DNA of 64,000 bases. Source: an uncultured Oscillospiraceae bacterium. Its GTDB lineage: Bacteria > Bacillota > Clostridia > Oscillospirales > Acutalibacteraceae. The notes below the pieces were generated by a model. It was not told the DNA's origin, made no database searches, and was given only the letters and a program-made list of their open reading frames with translations. Shown one piece after another: positions 41,517-51,401 of the stretch. Position 1 is the first letter of the stretch, and every line of letters starts with the position of its first letter. The translations under genes were made by a program, and so were the position numbers. The stretch is from positions 52,270 to 116,269 of the forward strand of contig UQUZ01000001.1 of NCBI GenBank assembly GCA_900544375.1, read 5' to 3'.

Positions 41517-41793
41517 AGTATAGATAACTCCTCCATTATAATTTTCCCTGACTGCCGCCGTGCAGCCCGGCAGATAACATTTGGAACAGGGCGGGAAACA
41601 ACACCCGCCGCCGTCTGAGGCAAAAATAGTATCTGCGCCGTGGAAATTTTTATACCCATATGCAATGAAAAATCCGGAATGGAATATTTTCCTTCTCATG
41701 GAAGAGGCTGAAAAAATACGCCGCAAAAATTGTAGAGATACAATCTTTGCGGCTCGTTTTCAATCATTTTCTGAAAAAAATTGAAAAGTCACA

Positions 41794-43002
41794 TTATTTC
41801 ACGGGCTTATCCGGTGGTAGGGTGGTATCGCCCCCGCCATTAGGGCCAGGCTCCGGCGATTTTGGAGGGGAGGTCGCCGCATCGCCCCTGTTCCAAAGAT
41901 GGATCAGGTTTTGATCGTTGAGCAGTTTGAGCATAATCAGCGTCAACGGAACCAAAAACAGGCCAATAAAACCGAACAGTTGCAGCCCAATATACATGCC
42001 TACGATCGTCACGACCGGGGGAAGACCGAGTTGACCGGCCACGAGCTTCGGCTCGATGATTTGCCGGATGACAGAGATCGCCACATAGATCACAATAAGG
42101 CCGATGCCAAACCCCACCCGGCCCGTGCAGAGGGAATAAACAGCCCATGGGATTAAGACGGTGCCTGTTCCCAACACAGGGAGAATATCTACAATCGCTG
42201 TCAGAAGGGCGATAGCAAGGATATAGCTGCTCTCATATAAACCCGCCAGCTTTAAAATACCCAGGCCAATGGTCATTTCGACAAAAGTGATCAGGATAAT
42301 GAGCAAATAGGCCCGGAGCATTTTAAACATGGAAGAGAAAAGAAGCTGTTTAGAGGCACTGAGCGCCTCTCTGCGCTCCCTAGGCAGCTGGCGTTTTACA
42401 AAGTTAACGAGGCGGTCATAATCCGCCGTCATAAAGCAGCAGGCGATAATCGAAATCAAAGTGGCAAGAAAAATAGAGGGGATTTGCTTTGCCGTATTCC
42501 ATACGCCGGAAAGCGGAGAGGAGAGGATAGAGAGGTCGATATTCAATCTGCCATTTGCGGCGCCGGTTTCCAAGTCGTGAAAAAGCTCACGGATGCTGTT
42601 GGCCGCCATGGTTTCAATGCTGTCCGGCAGGAAGTGAATATTTTCTAAAATCCAGGCCTCTGTCTGTTTGAGAAAAACGGGTAGATTATCAAGCTTTGCC
42701 GTAATCAAGGAAATAAAGCCCCGTAGTTCATCCACAATCCGAACGCCGATCAGTGCAAGCACCGCCATGATCGCCGTGAGCGCAAGCAAAACGGCAAGTC
42801 CGGAAACAAGCCCCTTTTTCAGCGGGGTTTTTTTTGTGATCCAGTTGACGGGGCGCTGTAAGGCCATTGCAATAAAAAAGGCCAAAATGAAGGGGAAGCA
42901 CGTCCAGAAGGCAAACCGCATGAAAAAGTAAAAGAGGCCCAATATGATCGCAAAATAGACGGTGTTGATGATAAAACGCCTGCGTTTTTCAATTTTCGTC
43001 AT
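41794..43002 (-). CDS. AI-2E family transporter (YtvI-like sporulation integral membrane protein)
   Basis: About 8 TM helices; PerM/AI-2E-like pattern (...ILPVLGTGTVLIPWAVY...); Pro/Gly-rich C-terminal tail. A terminator hairpin lies at about 41721-41765. Confidence 0.75.
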   Translation of the reverse strand: MTKIEKRRRFIINTVYFAIILGLFYFFMRFAFWTCFPFILAFFIAMALQRPVNWITKKTPLKKGLVSGLAVLLALTAIMAVLALIGVRIVDELRGFISLITAKLDNLPVFLKQTEAWILENIHFLPDSIETMAANSIRELFHDLETGAANGRLNIDLSILSSPLSGVWNTAKQIPSIFLATLISIIACCFMTADYDRLVNFVKRQLPRERREALSASKQLLFSSMFKMLRAYLLIILITFVEMTIGLGILKLAGLYESSYILAIALLTAIVDILPVLGTGTVLIPWAVYSLCTGRVGFGIGLIVIYVAISVIRQIIEPKLVAGQLGLPPVVTIVGMYIGLQLFGFIGLFLVPLTLIMLKLLNDQNLIHLWNRGDAATSPPKSPEPGPNGGGDTTLPPDKPVK

Positions 43003-43326
43003 GACACCACATCCTTGATGGCCGCGGCCAAGGGGGCAACGGCAGTTTTAGGGGCACAAGAGGCGCAAACCGGCAAAGCATCGCCCCTTTTTGCTGAAAA
43101 AACAGGTTATTTGTATTCTATAACAGCTGGGGTATGAATACAATTAAAAATATGTTACAAAATTCTCTCATTTTTCTCTGCTCCAGCTTACGGTTCTGAC
43201 GTATGTAGAGCAGAAAAGAAAAAAGTTGAAATTCTCCCTTTATTATGCCGCCGCTTTATGATAAAATATTCTGAGATTCTCTAGTTTACTGAATTTTCCC
43301 GCGGAATGTTAAAGGAGTTGTCACAC

Positions 43327-44565
43327 ATGTATGTAGCGGTAATGGGGTATGGCGTGGTCGGCTCGGGCGTAGTGGAGCTGTTTGGCAAGAACCATGGCAG
43401 CATTGTGCGCAGAAGCACCCAAACCGAGATGGAGATCAGGTACATCCTTGACCTGCGCGACTTTCCGGGCGACCCAAATGAAGAAAAATTCACCAAGGAT
43501 TTTCAAAAGATTCTACAGGATGAGGAAGTTAAGATCGTTGTTGAAACGATGGGCGGCCTGCATCCGGCGTATGAATATGTGCTCGCCTGCCTCAAGGCGG
43601 GGAAGAGCGTGGTCACCTCCAATAAGGAGCTTGTAGCGGCGAAAGGGTACGAACTGCTTCAGGCCGCTGAAGAAAACAACGTCAATTTCCTCTTTGAGGC
43701 AAGCGTTGGCGGAGGAATCCCGATTATCCGGCCGATCAGCCAGTGCCTGGCAGCCAATGAAATTGACGAGATTGCCGGGATCCTCAACGGCACGACGAAT
43801 TTCATCCTGACCCGCATGATTGAGGATCAAATGAGCTTTGAAGACGCACTTCGCCTGGCGCAGGAAAACGGATATGCGGAAAAAGACCCGACGGCCGACA
43901 TCGAAGGCATTGACGCCTGCCGCAAGATTTGCATTCTGGCATCTCTGGCATTTGGTAAGCATGTGTATCCGGATGGCGTTTATACGGAAGGCATTACCAA
44001 AATCCATTTGCGGGATGTGGAATATATTCGCGCTTGGGGCGGCGTGATCAAGCTGCTCGGCCGGGCAAAGAGGCTCCAGAACGGGCGCATTAGCGCAATG
44101 GTCAGCCCAGCGGTTGTGGATCGGCATAGCCAGCTTGCCGGAGTGGACGATGTATTCAATGCGATCCTTGTGCGTGGGGATGCGATTGGCGACGTGGTGT
44201 TTTATGGCCGCGGAGCAGGTAAAATGCCAACAGCAAGCGCGGTTGTGGCCGATGTGATCGACTGTGCAAAGCATCTCAACCGCAAAAAGCTTTTCGGCTG
44301 GGGCAGCAGCGAAGAGGGCTATGTGGCCGATTATCGCGATATGCGCACGGCGCTTTATATCCGTGCGCAGGCAAGCAAGCCGGACCAGGCATTGGAAGCT
44401 GCCCGGAAAGCGTTTGGCGAGATCACGGCGCTACACTGCGAGGATGCGCCGGCAGATGAAATTGCATTTATCACACCGCAGGATACGGAGCGGGAATTGC
44501 AGGCGAAGCTTGCCGGGATCAACGGGCTTACGCTGCAATCCGTGATCCGGATGACGGATTATTGA
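43327..44565 (+). CDS. hom: Homoserine dehydrogenase
   Basis: MYVAVMGYGVVGSGVVE Rossmann N-terminus, a catalytic domain and a C-terminal ACT-like region. AAGGAG RBS. Confidence 0.92.
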   Translation: MYVAVMGYGVVGSGVVELFGKNHGSIVRRSTQTEMEIRYILDLRDFPGDPNEEKFTKDFQKILQDEEVKIVVETMGGLHPAYEYVLACLKAGKSVVTSNKELVAAKGYELLQAAEENNVNFLFEASVGGGIPIIRPISQCLAANEIDEIAGILNGTTNFILTRMIEDQMSFEDALRLAQENGYAEKDPTADIEGIDACRKICILASLAFGKHVYPDGVYTEGITKIHLRDVEYIRAWGGVIKLLGRAKRLQNGRISAMVSPAVVDRHSQLAGVDDVFNAILVRGDAIGDVVFYGRGAGKMPTASAVVADVIDCAKHLNRKKLFGWGSSEEGYVADYRDMRTALYIRAQASKPDQALEAARKAFGEITALHCEDAPADEIAFITPQDTERELQAKLAGINGLTLQSVIRMTDY

Positions 44566-44583
44566 TTATAGGAGGGTATTGCA

Positions 44584-45795
44584 ATGGCACTCATTGTACA
44601 AAAATTTGGCGGCAGCTCTGTTGCGAATGCCGATAAGGTTCGCAACGTTGCGCAGATCGTCACGCAGACCTACAGCGAGGGAAACGATGTAGTGGTCGTT
44701 GTATCCGCACAGGGCGATACAACAGACGACCTGATCGAAAAGGCGGCTGAAATTAATCCGAAGGGCTCCAAGCGCGAGATGGATGTGCTCCTCACTGCCG
44801 GCGAGCAGATGTCCGCCTCCCTGCTGGCGATGGCGATTGAAAAGCTTGGGTTCCCTGTCATTTCGTTGCTGGGCTGGCAGGCAGGTTTCCAAACGAGCTC
44901 TGCCTATGGCAACGCCCGCATTAAATCCATCAAAACCGATCGCCTTCGCGCAGAGATTGGGCGCAAAAATATTGTTGTGGTTGCGGGCTTCCAAGGCCTC
45001 AATAAATATGACGATGTGACAACCTTTGGCCGCGGCGGTTCGGATACGACCGCCGTTGCGCTTGCCGCTTCCCTGCATGCGGAGCGCTGCCAGATTTTTA
45101 CGGACGTTGAGGGCGTATACACCGCCGACCCGCGTAAGATTGAGGGCGCGAAGAAGCTTAAGGAGATCACCTATGACGAGATGCTGGAACTTGCCACGCT
45201 CGGCGCGCAGGTGCTCAATAACCGGTCTGTAGAAATGGCGAAAAAATATAATGTTGAGGTAGAGGTGCTCTCCAGTCTCAAGAGGGTGCCGGGCACAATT
45301 GTGAAGGAGGTTGCCAAAATGGAAAAGATGCTGGTCAGAGGGGTTACGAAGGACACAAATGTGACGCGTGTCTCCATCATCGGCGTGCCGGATGTGCCGG
45401 GCATCGCGTTTAAAATTTTCAGCAAACTTGCAGCAAAGGGTATCAATGTGGATATTATTCTGCAATCCGTCGGCCGTGATGGCACAAAGGATATTTCTTT
45501 TACCGTCAGCCGGGACAATGGCGAAACGGTTGCCGAGATTCTCTCCACTTCTTTTGAGGAGTTGGCAGGCAAGGAGATCGTAACGGATAATCAGGTGGCA
45601 AAGATCAGCGTTGTCGGCGCGGGCATGGAAACACACCCCGGTACGGCAGCGAAGATGTTTGAAGCGCTGTATGAAATTGATGTTAACATCCAAATGATCG
45701 CGACAAGCGAGATCAAGATCTCCGTTCTGATCGATGAAAAGGATGCCGACCGTGCGGTGGCAGCGGTGCATAAGGCGTTTATCCCGGTGGAATGA
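44584..45795 (+). CDS. lysC: Aspartate kinase
   Basis: IVQKFGGSSV kinase motif and tandem ACT domains at the C-terminus; 403 aa. Confidence 0.93.
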   Translation: MALIVQKFGGSSVANADKVRNVAQIVTQTYSEGNDVVVVVSAQGDTTDDLIEKAAEINPKGSKREMDVLLTAGEQMSASLLAMAIEKLGFPVISLLGWQAGFQTSSAYGNARIKSIKTDRLRAEIGRKNIVVVAGFQGLNKYDDVTTFGRGGSDTTAVALAASLHAERCQIFTDVEGVYTADPRKIEGAKKLKEITYDEMLELATLGAQVLNNRSVEMAKKYNVEVEVLSSLKRVPGTIVKEVAKMEKMLVRGVTKDTNVTRVSIIGVPDVPGIAFKIFSKLAAKGINVDIILQSVGRDGTKDISFTVSRDNGETVAEILSTSFEELAGKEIVTDNQVAKISVVGAGMETHPGTAAKMFEALYEIDVNIQMIATSEIKISVLIDEKDADRAVAAVHKAFIPVE

Positions 45796-45814
45796 GCTTT
45801 TAGAATTCGTTAAC

Positions 45815-45872
45815 AAAAAACGTCCGTGCGCTTTTTTGCGCCGGGCGTTTTTTTACGCCGGGCGTTTTTTTT
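45815..45872 (+). terminator. lysC terminator with a duplicated GCCGGGCGTTTTTTT segment
   Basis: A long hairpin at about 45819-45849, then a second short hairpin acgcc-ggg-... with T8. Confidence 0.75.
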
Positions 45873-45937
45873 GAGTTTTTTGGTTAATAATACGGAATAC
45901 AGATGGTTAGAAAGACAAAGAAAATGGAGGGATTCCG

Positions 45938-46105
45938 ATGGATCAAATTCCAACGCCCGTATGGGAAGATCAAAAGCTCAATCAGTATTTCAAAACGCTA
46001 CCTGTTTTCGTGCAGGAAACGATTGCGCAGACAGGCATCCAAATTACGGATGAGGCGCAGCTGCGCGCCGTCGCGGAAAAAATTTTAAAAGGGCAGCAGC
46101 AGTAA
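45938..46105 (+). CDS. Small hypothetical protein (55 aa), not in the ORF track because it is under 60 aa
   Basis: ATG 7 nt after GGAGGG. Sequence MDQIPTPVWEDQKLNQYFKTLPVFVQETIAQTGIQITDEAQLRAVAEKILKGQQQ. Bracketed by terminators on both sides. Confidence 0.45.
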   Translation: MDQIPTPVWEDQKLNQYFKTLPVFVQETIAQTGIQITDEAQLRAVAEKILKGQQQ

Positions 46106-46140
46106 AATGAGCCTTTTCTATAGGGTATGGAAAAACAAAA

Positions 46141-46175
46141 AACGACCGGAGCGGCATTTTTCGCCCCGGTCGTTT
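46141..46175 (-). terminator. argS terminator; also serves the small plus-strand ORF
   Basis: About 11-bp stem cgaccgg(a)gcg/cgc(c)ccggtcg. On the minus strand it is followed by TTTTTTGTTTTT. Confidence 0.8.
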
Positions 46176-46189
46176 GGTAAAGGATCGAA

Positions 46190-47884
46190 TTACATGCTTT
46201 CTGGGACCATAATCTTAAGCATTTCTAAAATATTGCGGATCGTATCCCGCACACAGATGCAAAGATAAATTCGCGCCTGCATGAGCGCCTCATCCTCTAC
46301 GCGGACGCGGCAAGCGTTATAAAATTTGTGAAAAAGCGTGGCCAGCTCGATTACATAACGGGTGATCCGCGCGGGATCATAATTCTTGGCGGAGAGGACG
46401 ATCTCATCCGTCAGAGCGGCCAGATGGCGGATCAGCGCCCGTTCCTCCGGGGTAGCTAGCAGGCAAAGCTCCTGCCCCGTGCACTCCCGCGGGGCAACGC
46501 CCTCTGAAGCGAGCTTTTTCAAGATGCTGCAAATGCGCGCGTGCGCATATTGGCAGTAATACACGGGGTTTTGCGCGCTTTGCTCAACGGCTAGATCAAG
46601 ATCAAATTCCATTTGGGAGCCGGGCTCGCGCAAGTTAAAAAGGAAGCGTGCTGCATCGACCGGGATGTCGTCCAGCAGATCAGTCAGAGTAATCGCCTTC
46701 CCTGTACGCTTGGACATCCGCACCACCTCGCCGCCGCTGACAAGCCGCACAAGCTGCATCAGGATAACGTCCAGCCGGTTGGGGTCGATCCCAATCGCCT
46801 CCAGCGCGCCCTTCATGCGGGCGACGTGGCCGTGGTGATCCGCGCCCCAGATATCGATGGCCTGATCGTAGCCACGCTTTACCAGTTTGTTGCGATGGTA
46901 GGCGACGTCGGCGGCGAAATAGGTCGGGTTGCCGTTGGCACGCACGAGCACCTCATCCTTTTCGGCGCCGCGTTCGGTTGCTTTATACCAAAGCGCGCCG
47001 TCTTTTTCATAGGTGAGACCGGCCTGGCGAAACAGCTCAATGGTTTCTGCCAATTCTCCATCCTGATGGACGGTGCTCTCATAGAACCAATTGTCATACT
47101 GAATGCGGTATTTGGCGAGCGTTTCCTGCATGCCGGCAATATTCTTCGGCAGAGCGAAATCAACCAGCGCCTGCCGGCGTTCGGCCTCGTCCGCATTTAC
47201 ATACCGGTCTCCGAAAACCGCGGCGAACTCCTCTGCGCGCACGCGGATATCATCGCCGTGGTAACTATCCTCCGGCAATTCGATCGCATCTTCTCCCAGA
47301 AAATGCTGAAGATAACGCACCTCCAGCGAGAGAGCAAATTTTTCGATCTGGTTGCCCGCGTCGTTGACGTAGAATTCCCGGCAGACGTCAAATCCCGCAT
47401 AATCGAGCGCTGCGGCTAGGCAATCTCCCAATGCGCCGCCGCGGGCATTGCCCATATGCATTGGGCCGGTTGGGTTAGCGGATACAAATTCTACCATCAC
47501 ACGCTTGCCCCTGCCAAAATCGGAACGGCCATACCCCTTGCCGCAGGCGCGGATATCCTTTAAGATGGCGGCATAGTAGCTATCCGCCAGGAAAAAGTTT
47601 AGAAACCCGGGGCCAGCCGCCTCACAACGGCTGAAAAAAGTATCCGCAAGATCCATGCGGGCTAAAACTTCCTCCGCAATTTTGCGTGGGGCCATGTGGA
47701 AAGCCTTTGCACATGCCATTGCGGCGTTGGTCGCATAGTCGCCATTGGCCCGGTCCGCGGGGACCTCCACAGTGAATGCCGGAATGGGCTCCGGCGGCAG
47801 GGCTCCGTCCGCCACTGCCTTTCCCATTGCATCGAGCACCGCCTGGCGCAGTGCCTGTTTCGTTTCCTTTACGAGTTTTGACAT
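46190..47884 (-). CDS. argS: Arginine--tRNA ligase
   Basis: PTGPMHMGNARGGALGD (HIGH region), MSKRTGKA (KMSKS), and a DALR anticodon-binding C-terminus. Confidence 0.96.
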   Translation of the reverse strand: MSKLVKETKQALRQAVLDAMGKAVADGALPPEPIPAFTVEVPADRANGDYATNAAMACAKAFHMAPRKIAEEVLARMDLADTFFSRCEAAGPGFLNFFLADSYYAAILKDIRACGKGYGRSDFGRGKRVMVEFVSANPTGPMHMGNARGGALGDCLAAALDYAGFDVCREFYVNDAGNQIEKFALSLEVRYLQHFLGEDAIELPEDSYHGDDIRVRAEEFAAVFGDRYVNADEAERRQALVDFALPKNIAGMQETLAKYRIQYDNWFYESTVHQDGELAETIELFRQAGLTYEKDGALWYKATERGAEKDEVLVRANGNPTYFAADVAYHRNKLVKRGYDQAIDIWGADHHGHVARMKGALEAIGIDPNRLDVILMQLVRLVSGGEVVRMSKRTGKAITLTDLLDDIPVDAARFLFNLREPGSQMEFDLDLAVEQSAQNPVYYCQYAHARICSILKKLASEGVAPRECTGQELCLLATPEERALIRHLAALTDEIVLSAKNYDPARITRYVIELATLFHKFYNACRVRVEDEALMQARIYLCICVRDTIRNILEMLKIMVPESM

Positions 47885-48321
47885 CCTGTATTTGCCTCCT
47901 TCACCGTGATTACAAGCTCGTTGCGCGCGGCGAGGCCGGCGTTGAAATCGAGCGTATAATGGAATTCCAGTTTCCCTCCATGCTCATCCATCAACGAATC
48001 CACCTTTTGAGTAAATACGCCGATCATCAGTTCACCGTAGGGCGTGGCGTAGTGGCAGTTATGCCGCCGGCCGAGCTCCATAATCAATTCCGATTGGTAG
48101 CTCCCCGTCCTCGTCATGGTAACGCGGCGGCCGTTTTCCACATGCAGGGTGGTAACGCAGCCCTCCAATTCGCCGTCCTGATCCGTATAGATCAGTGAAT
48201 AATCCTCCGGTGTGCCGCAGAGGGAGCCCACGGTGGTCATGGACATGCTTTGGACGTCGCCGTCCGTTTCGTGCTGGTCGGCAATTTCTATGATAACGTC
48301 TTTTTCCAAAATGATAAACAT
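47869..48321 (-). CDS. DUF1934 (YwiB-like) beta-barrel protein
   Basis: 150 aa. It overlaps the argS start by 16 nt, and the DUF1934-argS pairing is a common Firmicute arrangement. Sequence pattern recalled, not searched. Confidence 0.7.
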   Translation of the reverse strand: MFIILEKDVIIEIADQHETDGDVQSMSMTTVGSLCGTPEDYSLIYTDQDGELEGCVTTLHVENGRRVTMTRTGSYQSELIMELGRRHNCHYATPYGELMIGVFTQKVDSLMDEHGGKLEFHYTLDFNAGLAARNELVITVKEANTGCQNS

Positions 48322-48349
48322 CCTTTCGCAAAAGTAGGGATGCGGCGTG

Positions 48350-49423
48350 TCAACCCTTCGGCTCCCATTTTTTTAAAGCGAGCTGGATCAGCCGGTCTAG
48401 CAGCTCGCCATAGGGCAGACCGGTGTGTTCCCAAAGCTTGGGATACATGCTGATGGGCGTAAAGCCAGGGATGGTGTTCGGCTCGTTGAGAAGCACCGCG
48501 CCATCTGATTTGCGCACAAAGAAATCCACGCGTGCAAGCCCGGAGCAGCCCATTTCCGTGAAAACGCGGCAGGCGGCGGCGCGCACCGCCTCGAGCGTAT
48601 CCGCCGGCAGACGGGCGGGGATGTGCAGCTCGCTGTCGGCCGCGATATATTTTGCTTCGTAATCGTAAAAATCATTGCAGGGGACAACCTCGCCTACGGT
48701 GGAGGCTTTCGGCTTCTCGTTGCCGAGCACAGCGCATTCTACCTCCATGCCATCGATCCCCTCCTCCAAAACGAGCTTATCATCATGCAGGAAGGCCTTT
48801 TCGATTGCATCGGCCAGCTCCGTCTCATTGCGAGCTTTTCCTACGCCGACAGAGGAGCCCGCGTTGGCGGGCTTGACAAAGATGGGGAGGCCGAGCCGAC
48901 CAATTGCCTTTTGGCGCAGGGCGGCGGCATCTTTTTGATAGCCATCGCGGGTCAAGGGGAGCCACTTTGCCTGCGCAATGCCCGCCACATCTGTCATGGC
49001 GTTTGTGATCGCCTTATCCATCGTGATAGCGGAGGCGGTGCAGCCGCAGCCGACGAAGGGGAGCTGCGCAAGCTGCAAAAGGCCTTGCATGGTGCCGTCC
49101 TCCCCGTTTTTGCCGTGCAGGACGGGGAACACCACATCCACACGTTCCACGCGTGCCGCGCCGTTTTCAAAAATGAGCAGGCCGTGATGAGAGGCGTCCG
49201 GCGAGAGCACAGCGGGCGTCCGCTTGCCGCATTCGAGCCAGTTATCCTCCGGTAAGGCTTCCGGATCGCCCTCATAGAGTAGCCATTCGCCCTGCTTTGT
49301 GATGCCGAGGGTGAGCACCTCATAGCGGTCCCGCGGAATATTCTGGATGACGCTGCGCGCCGAAACGAGGGATACCTCATGCTCGCTCGATACGCCGCCG
49401 AAAAGAACCAAAACCTTTTTCAT
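48350..49423 (-). CDS. ddl: D-alanine--D-alanine ligase
   Basis: VLFGGVSSEHEVS N-terminus, ATP-grasp motifs, and NTIPGFT near the C-terminus. Confidence 0.95.
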   Translation of the reverse strand: MKKVLVLFGGVSSEHEVSLVSARSVIQNIPRDRYEVLTLGITKQGEWLLYEGDPEALPEDNWLECGKRTPAVLSPDASHHGLLIFENGAARVERVDVVFPVLHGKNGEDGTMQGLLQLAQLPFVGCGCTASAITMDKAITNAMTDVAGIAQAKWLPLTRDGYQKDAAALRQKAIGRLGLPIFVKPANAGSSVGVGKARNETELADAIEKAFLHDDKLVLEEGIDGMEVECAVLGNEKPKASTVGEVVPCNDFYDYEAKYIAADSELHIPARLPADTLEAVRAAACRVFTEMGCSGLARVDFFVRKSDGAVLLNEPNTIPGFTPISMYPKLWEHTGLPYGELLDRLIQLALKKWEPKG

Positions 49424-49656
49424 GAAATAAGACCATCCTTTCTCTGCCGGGCAGTCGAGCCTGCCTGTGCCAAGGGAGGGGCTGCCTTCCTAAAACCTTT
49501 ATATGATAGCATAATTCAGAGATATGCGCAATTGGAGAAAGTGCCGGAAAGCGCACTGCGATACCCCAAAAAGAAGGGAAATCAATCGCGTTTTAACCGA
49601 AGAATTCTGCCGGATGGTATAACAGCGGGAAAAACTGTGAAAGATCAGGATATCAT

Positions 49657-49685
49657 TTGACTTTCCGCCTTCGATTCGTTATACT
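49657..49685 (+). promoter_or_regulatory. Sigma-A-type promoter of the metal-uptake operon
   Basis: TTGACT (49657-49662), a 17-nt spacer, then TATACT (49680-49685). Confidence 0.6.
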
Positions 49686-49717
49686 TAATGCAAATGACTT
49701 GCAATAAGGAGCACCCT

Positions 49718-50668
49718 ATGAACAACAGCAAAAAACATCTCGCGCTGCTTTCTGTTTTGCTCTGCCTTCTTTTGATCGCCTTTTCGGGCTGCACACCGGT
49801 GGAGCACTTGCAGAGCGATTATCAGATCGTCACCTCTTTCTACCCGATGTATCTCTTCACACGCAATTTAACAGAAGGGATCAGCGGGGTAACCGTGGTC
49901 AACATGACGGCACAGAACGCAGGCTGCCTGCATGATTATCAACTGCTCTCCAAGGATATGAAAGCGCTCGGCGCGGCGGATGCGTTTGTTATTAACGGAG
50001 CAGGGATGGAGGGATTCCTCGAGAAAGTGATTGAGCAATTACCCTCCCTGCCCGTGATCACGGCGAGTGAAGGGATTGAAATCCTCTGTGAAAACGCGGA
50101 GCACGAGCATGAAGAGGAGCAGGCGCATGGTCATGCGGGGCACGAGCATGAGGAGAACGCGCACGTTTGGCTCTCCGTGCCGAATGCGATCGCAGAGGTC
50201 AATAACATCGCAGCAGGGTTGAAAAAGCTTTTGCCAGGTAATGAAGCGCAGATTGAGCGAAACCGGAGCGCTTATGAAAAACGCTTGCTTTCGCTTGATG
50301 CAGAGCTGGCACAAATGCTCGCCCCCATCCGGGGCGCCGAGATCATCTCCTTCCACGAGGCGTACGATTATTTTGCGCAGCGGTATGGCCTCGTCATCGC
50401 TGGGGCGATTGAAACGCACGATGGCGGGGAGCCGGGCACAAAGGAGCTGATCGAAACCGTGGAATGGATCCGCTCGCACGGCATCCGGGCCATTTTTATC
50501 GAGCCGAATTATCAGGGCAGCTCGGCGGGAATCCTCAGCCGGGAAACGGGGGCAAAGCTCTGCACGCTAAACCCTGTGACTCAAGGGGAGGACAGCTTGA
50601 CCGCTTATGAGGGCATCATGCGGCAAAATGCGAAAACGATCGTGGAGGCGGTAAAAAATGGCGATTGA
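49718..50668 (+). CDS. znuA: Metal (Zn/Mn) ABC transporter substrate-binding lipoprotein with a His-rich loop
   Basis: Lipobox AFSGC, ZnuA/TroA-fold pattern, and an EHEHEEEQAHGHAGHEHEENAH loop typical of zinc-specific members. Start at the ATG after AAGGAG. Confidence 0.85.
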   Translation: MNNSKKHLALLSVLLCLLLIAFSGCTPVEHLQSDYQIVTSFYPMYLFTRNLTEGISGVTVVNMTAQNAGCLHDYQLLSKDMKALGAADAFVINGAGMEGFLEKVIEQLPSLPVITASEGIEILCENAEHEHEEEQAHGHAGHEHEENAHVWLSVPNAIAEVNNIAAGLKKLLPGNEAQIERNRSAYEKRLLSLDAELAQMLAPIRGAEIISFHEAYDYFAQRYGLVIAGAIETHDGGEPGTKELIETVEWIRSHGIRAIFIEPNYQGSSAGILSRETGAKLCTLNPVTQGEDSLTAYEGIMRQNAKTIVEAVKNGD

Positions 50669-51401
50669 AAACGGCTGCGGGCTTTGCAGCGTGCAAATAC
50701 AAAAGATCGGCGTGCAGAAGGGGCGCGACATCCTGCTGGAGGACGTCTCTTTTGAAATGCACTGTGGGGAGCTGACAGCTCTCATCGGCGTAAACGGCGC
50801 GGGCAAAACAACCTTGCTGCGGGCTATTTTGGGCGAGATACGGCATACCGGCACGGTCCGTTACCATTCCCACGATGGGAAGGATCTCTCGGAGATCACG
50901 GTTGGCTATGTGCCTCAATATCTGGATTTTGACCGAAGCGCACCGGTGAACGTGATGGATTTTCTGCTGGCCGGGCGCACACAGGCCCCGGTGTGGATTA
51001 CCCGGCCGCGCGCGCTGAAGCAGGCAATCCGGAGGAGCCTTGCGGATGCGGGCTGCGAGGGGTTGGAGAACCGGATGCTTGGGGCCCTTTCCGGCGGCGA
51101 GTTGCAGCGCGTGATGCTCGCGCAGGCGCTTTATCCCACGCCTGAGCTGTTGATTCTTGACGAGCCGGTATCTGGTGTGGACACCGTGGGATCAGAGCAG
51201 TTTTATGAGAAGATTTCACAGCTCCGGCACGATTACCACATGGCGATCCTGATGGTTTCGCATGATCTGGAGCTGGTTCATCTGCATGCGGACAGGGCTG
51301 TTTTGCTCAATAAAAAGATTCTCTGCGCCGGTGAGGTTGACGAGGTTTACAATTCCAAAGCCTTCCGTGGAGCGTTTGGCATAGGGGGGGCGGCGAAATG
51401 A
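50658..51401 (+). CDS. znuC: Metal ABC transporter ATP-binding protein
   Basis: Walker A GVNGAGKTT, signature LSGGELQRV, Walker B LLILDEP. Overlaps the znuA stop. Confidence 0.88.
   Translation: MAIENGCGLCSVQIQKIGVQKGRDILLEDVSFEMHCGELTALIGVNGAGKTTLLRAILGEIRHTGTVRYHSHDGKDLSEITVGYVPQYLDFDRSAPVNVMDFLLAGRTQAPVWITRPRALKQAIRRSLADAGCEGLENRMLGALSGGELQRVMLAQALYPTPELLILDEPVSGVDTVGSEQFYEKISQLRHDYHMAILMVSHDLELVHLHADRAVLLNKKILCAGEVDEVYNSKAFRGAFGIGGAAK

Noticed and set aside
41517-41726. 70-codon N-terminal extension of the spoVT ORF
   Set aside because: SpoVT homology starts exactly at MKATGIVRR (41516), which has its own GGAGG. The extension is Cys/Gly/Phe-rich junk and overlaps the promoter region.
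44566-45816. 416-aa ORF antisense to lysC
   Set aside because: It is a shadow ORF. lysC on the plus strand has clear kinase and ACT motifs, and the antisense product has none.
49424-49656. T-box or other leader upstream of ddl-DUF1934-argS
   Set aside because: I looked for a specifier-loop/T-box (AGGGTGGNACCGCG-like) sequence on the minus strand and found none. The region looks like a plain divergent promoter region.
49663-49705. Zur box at the znuA promoter
   Set aside because: I found no convincing palindrome of the TCGTAAT-N-ATTACGA type. TCGTTATACTTAATGCA is not symmetric, so no operator is claimed.
50105-50165. His/Glu-rich low-complexity stretch as a repeat or sequencing artefact
   Set aside because: It is in frame inside ZnuA, at the position of the known metal-binding His-rich loop of zinc-specific cluster A-I binding proteins.
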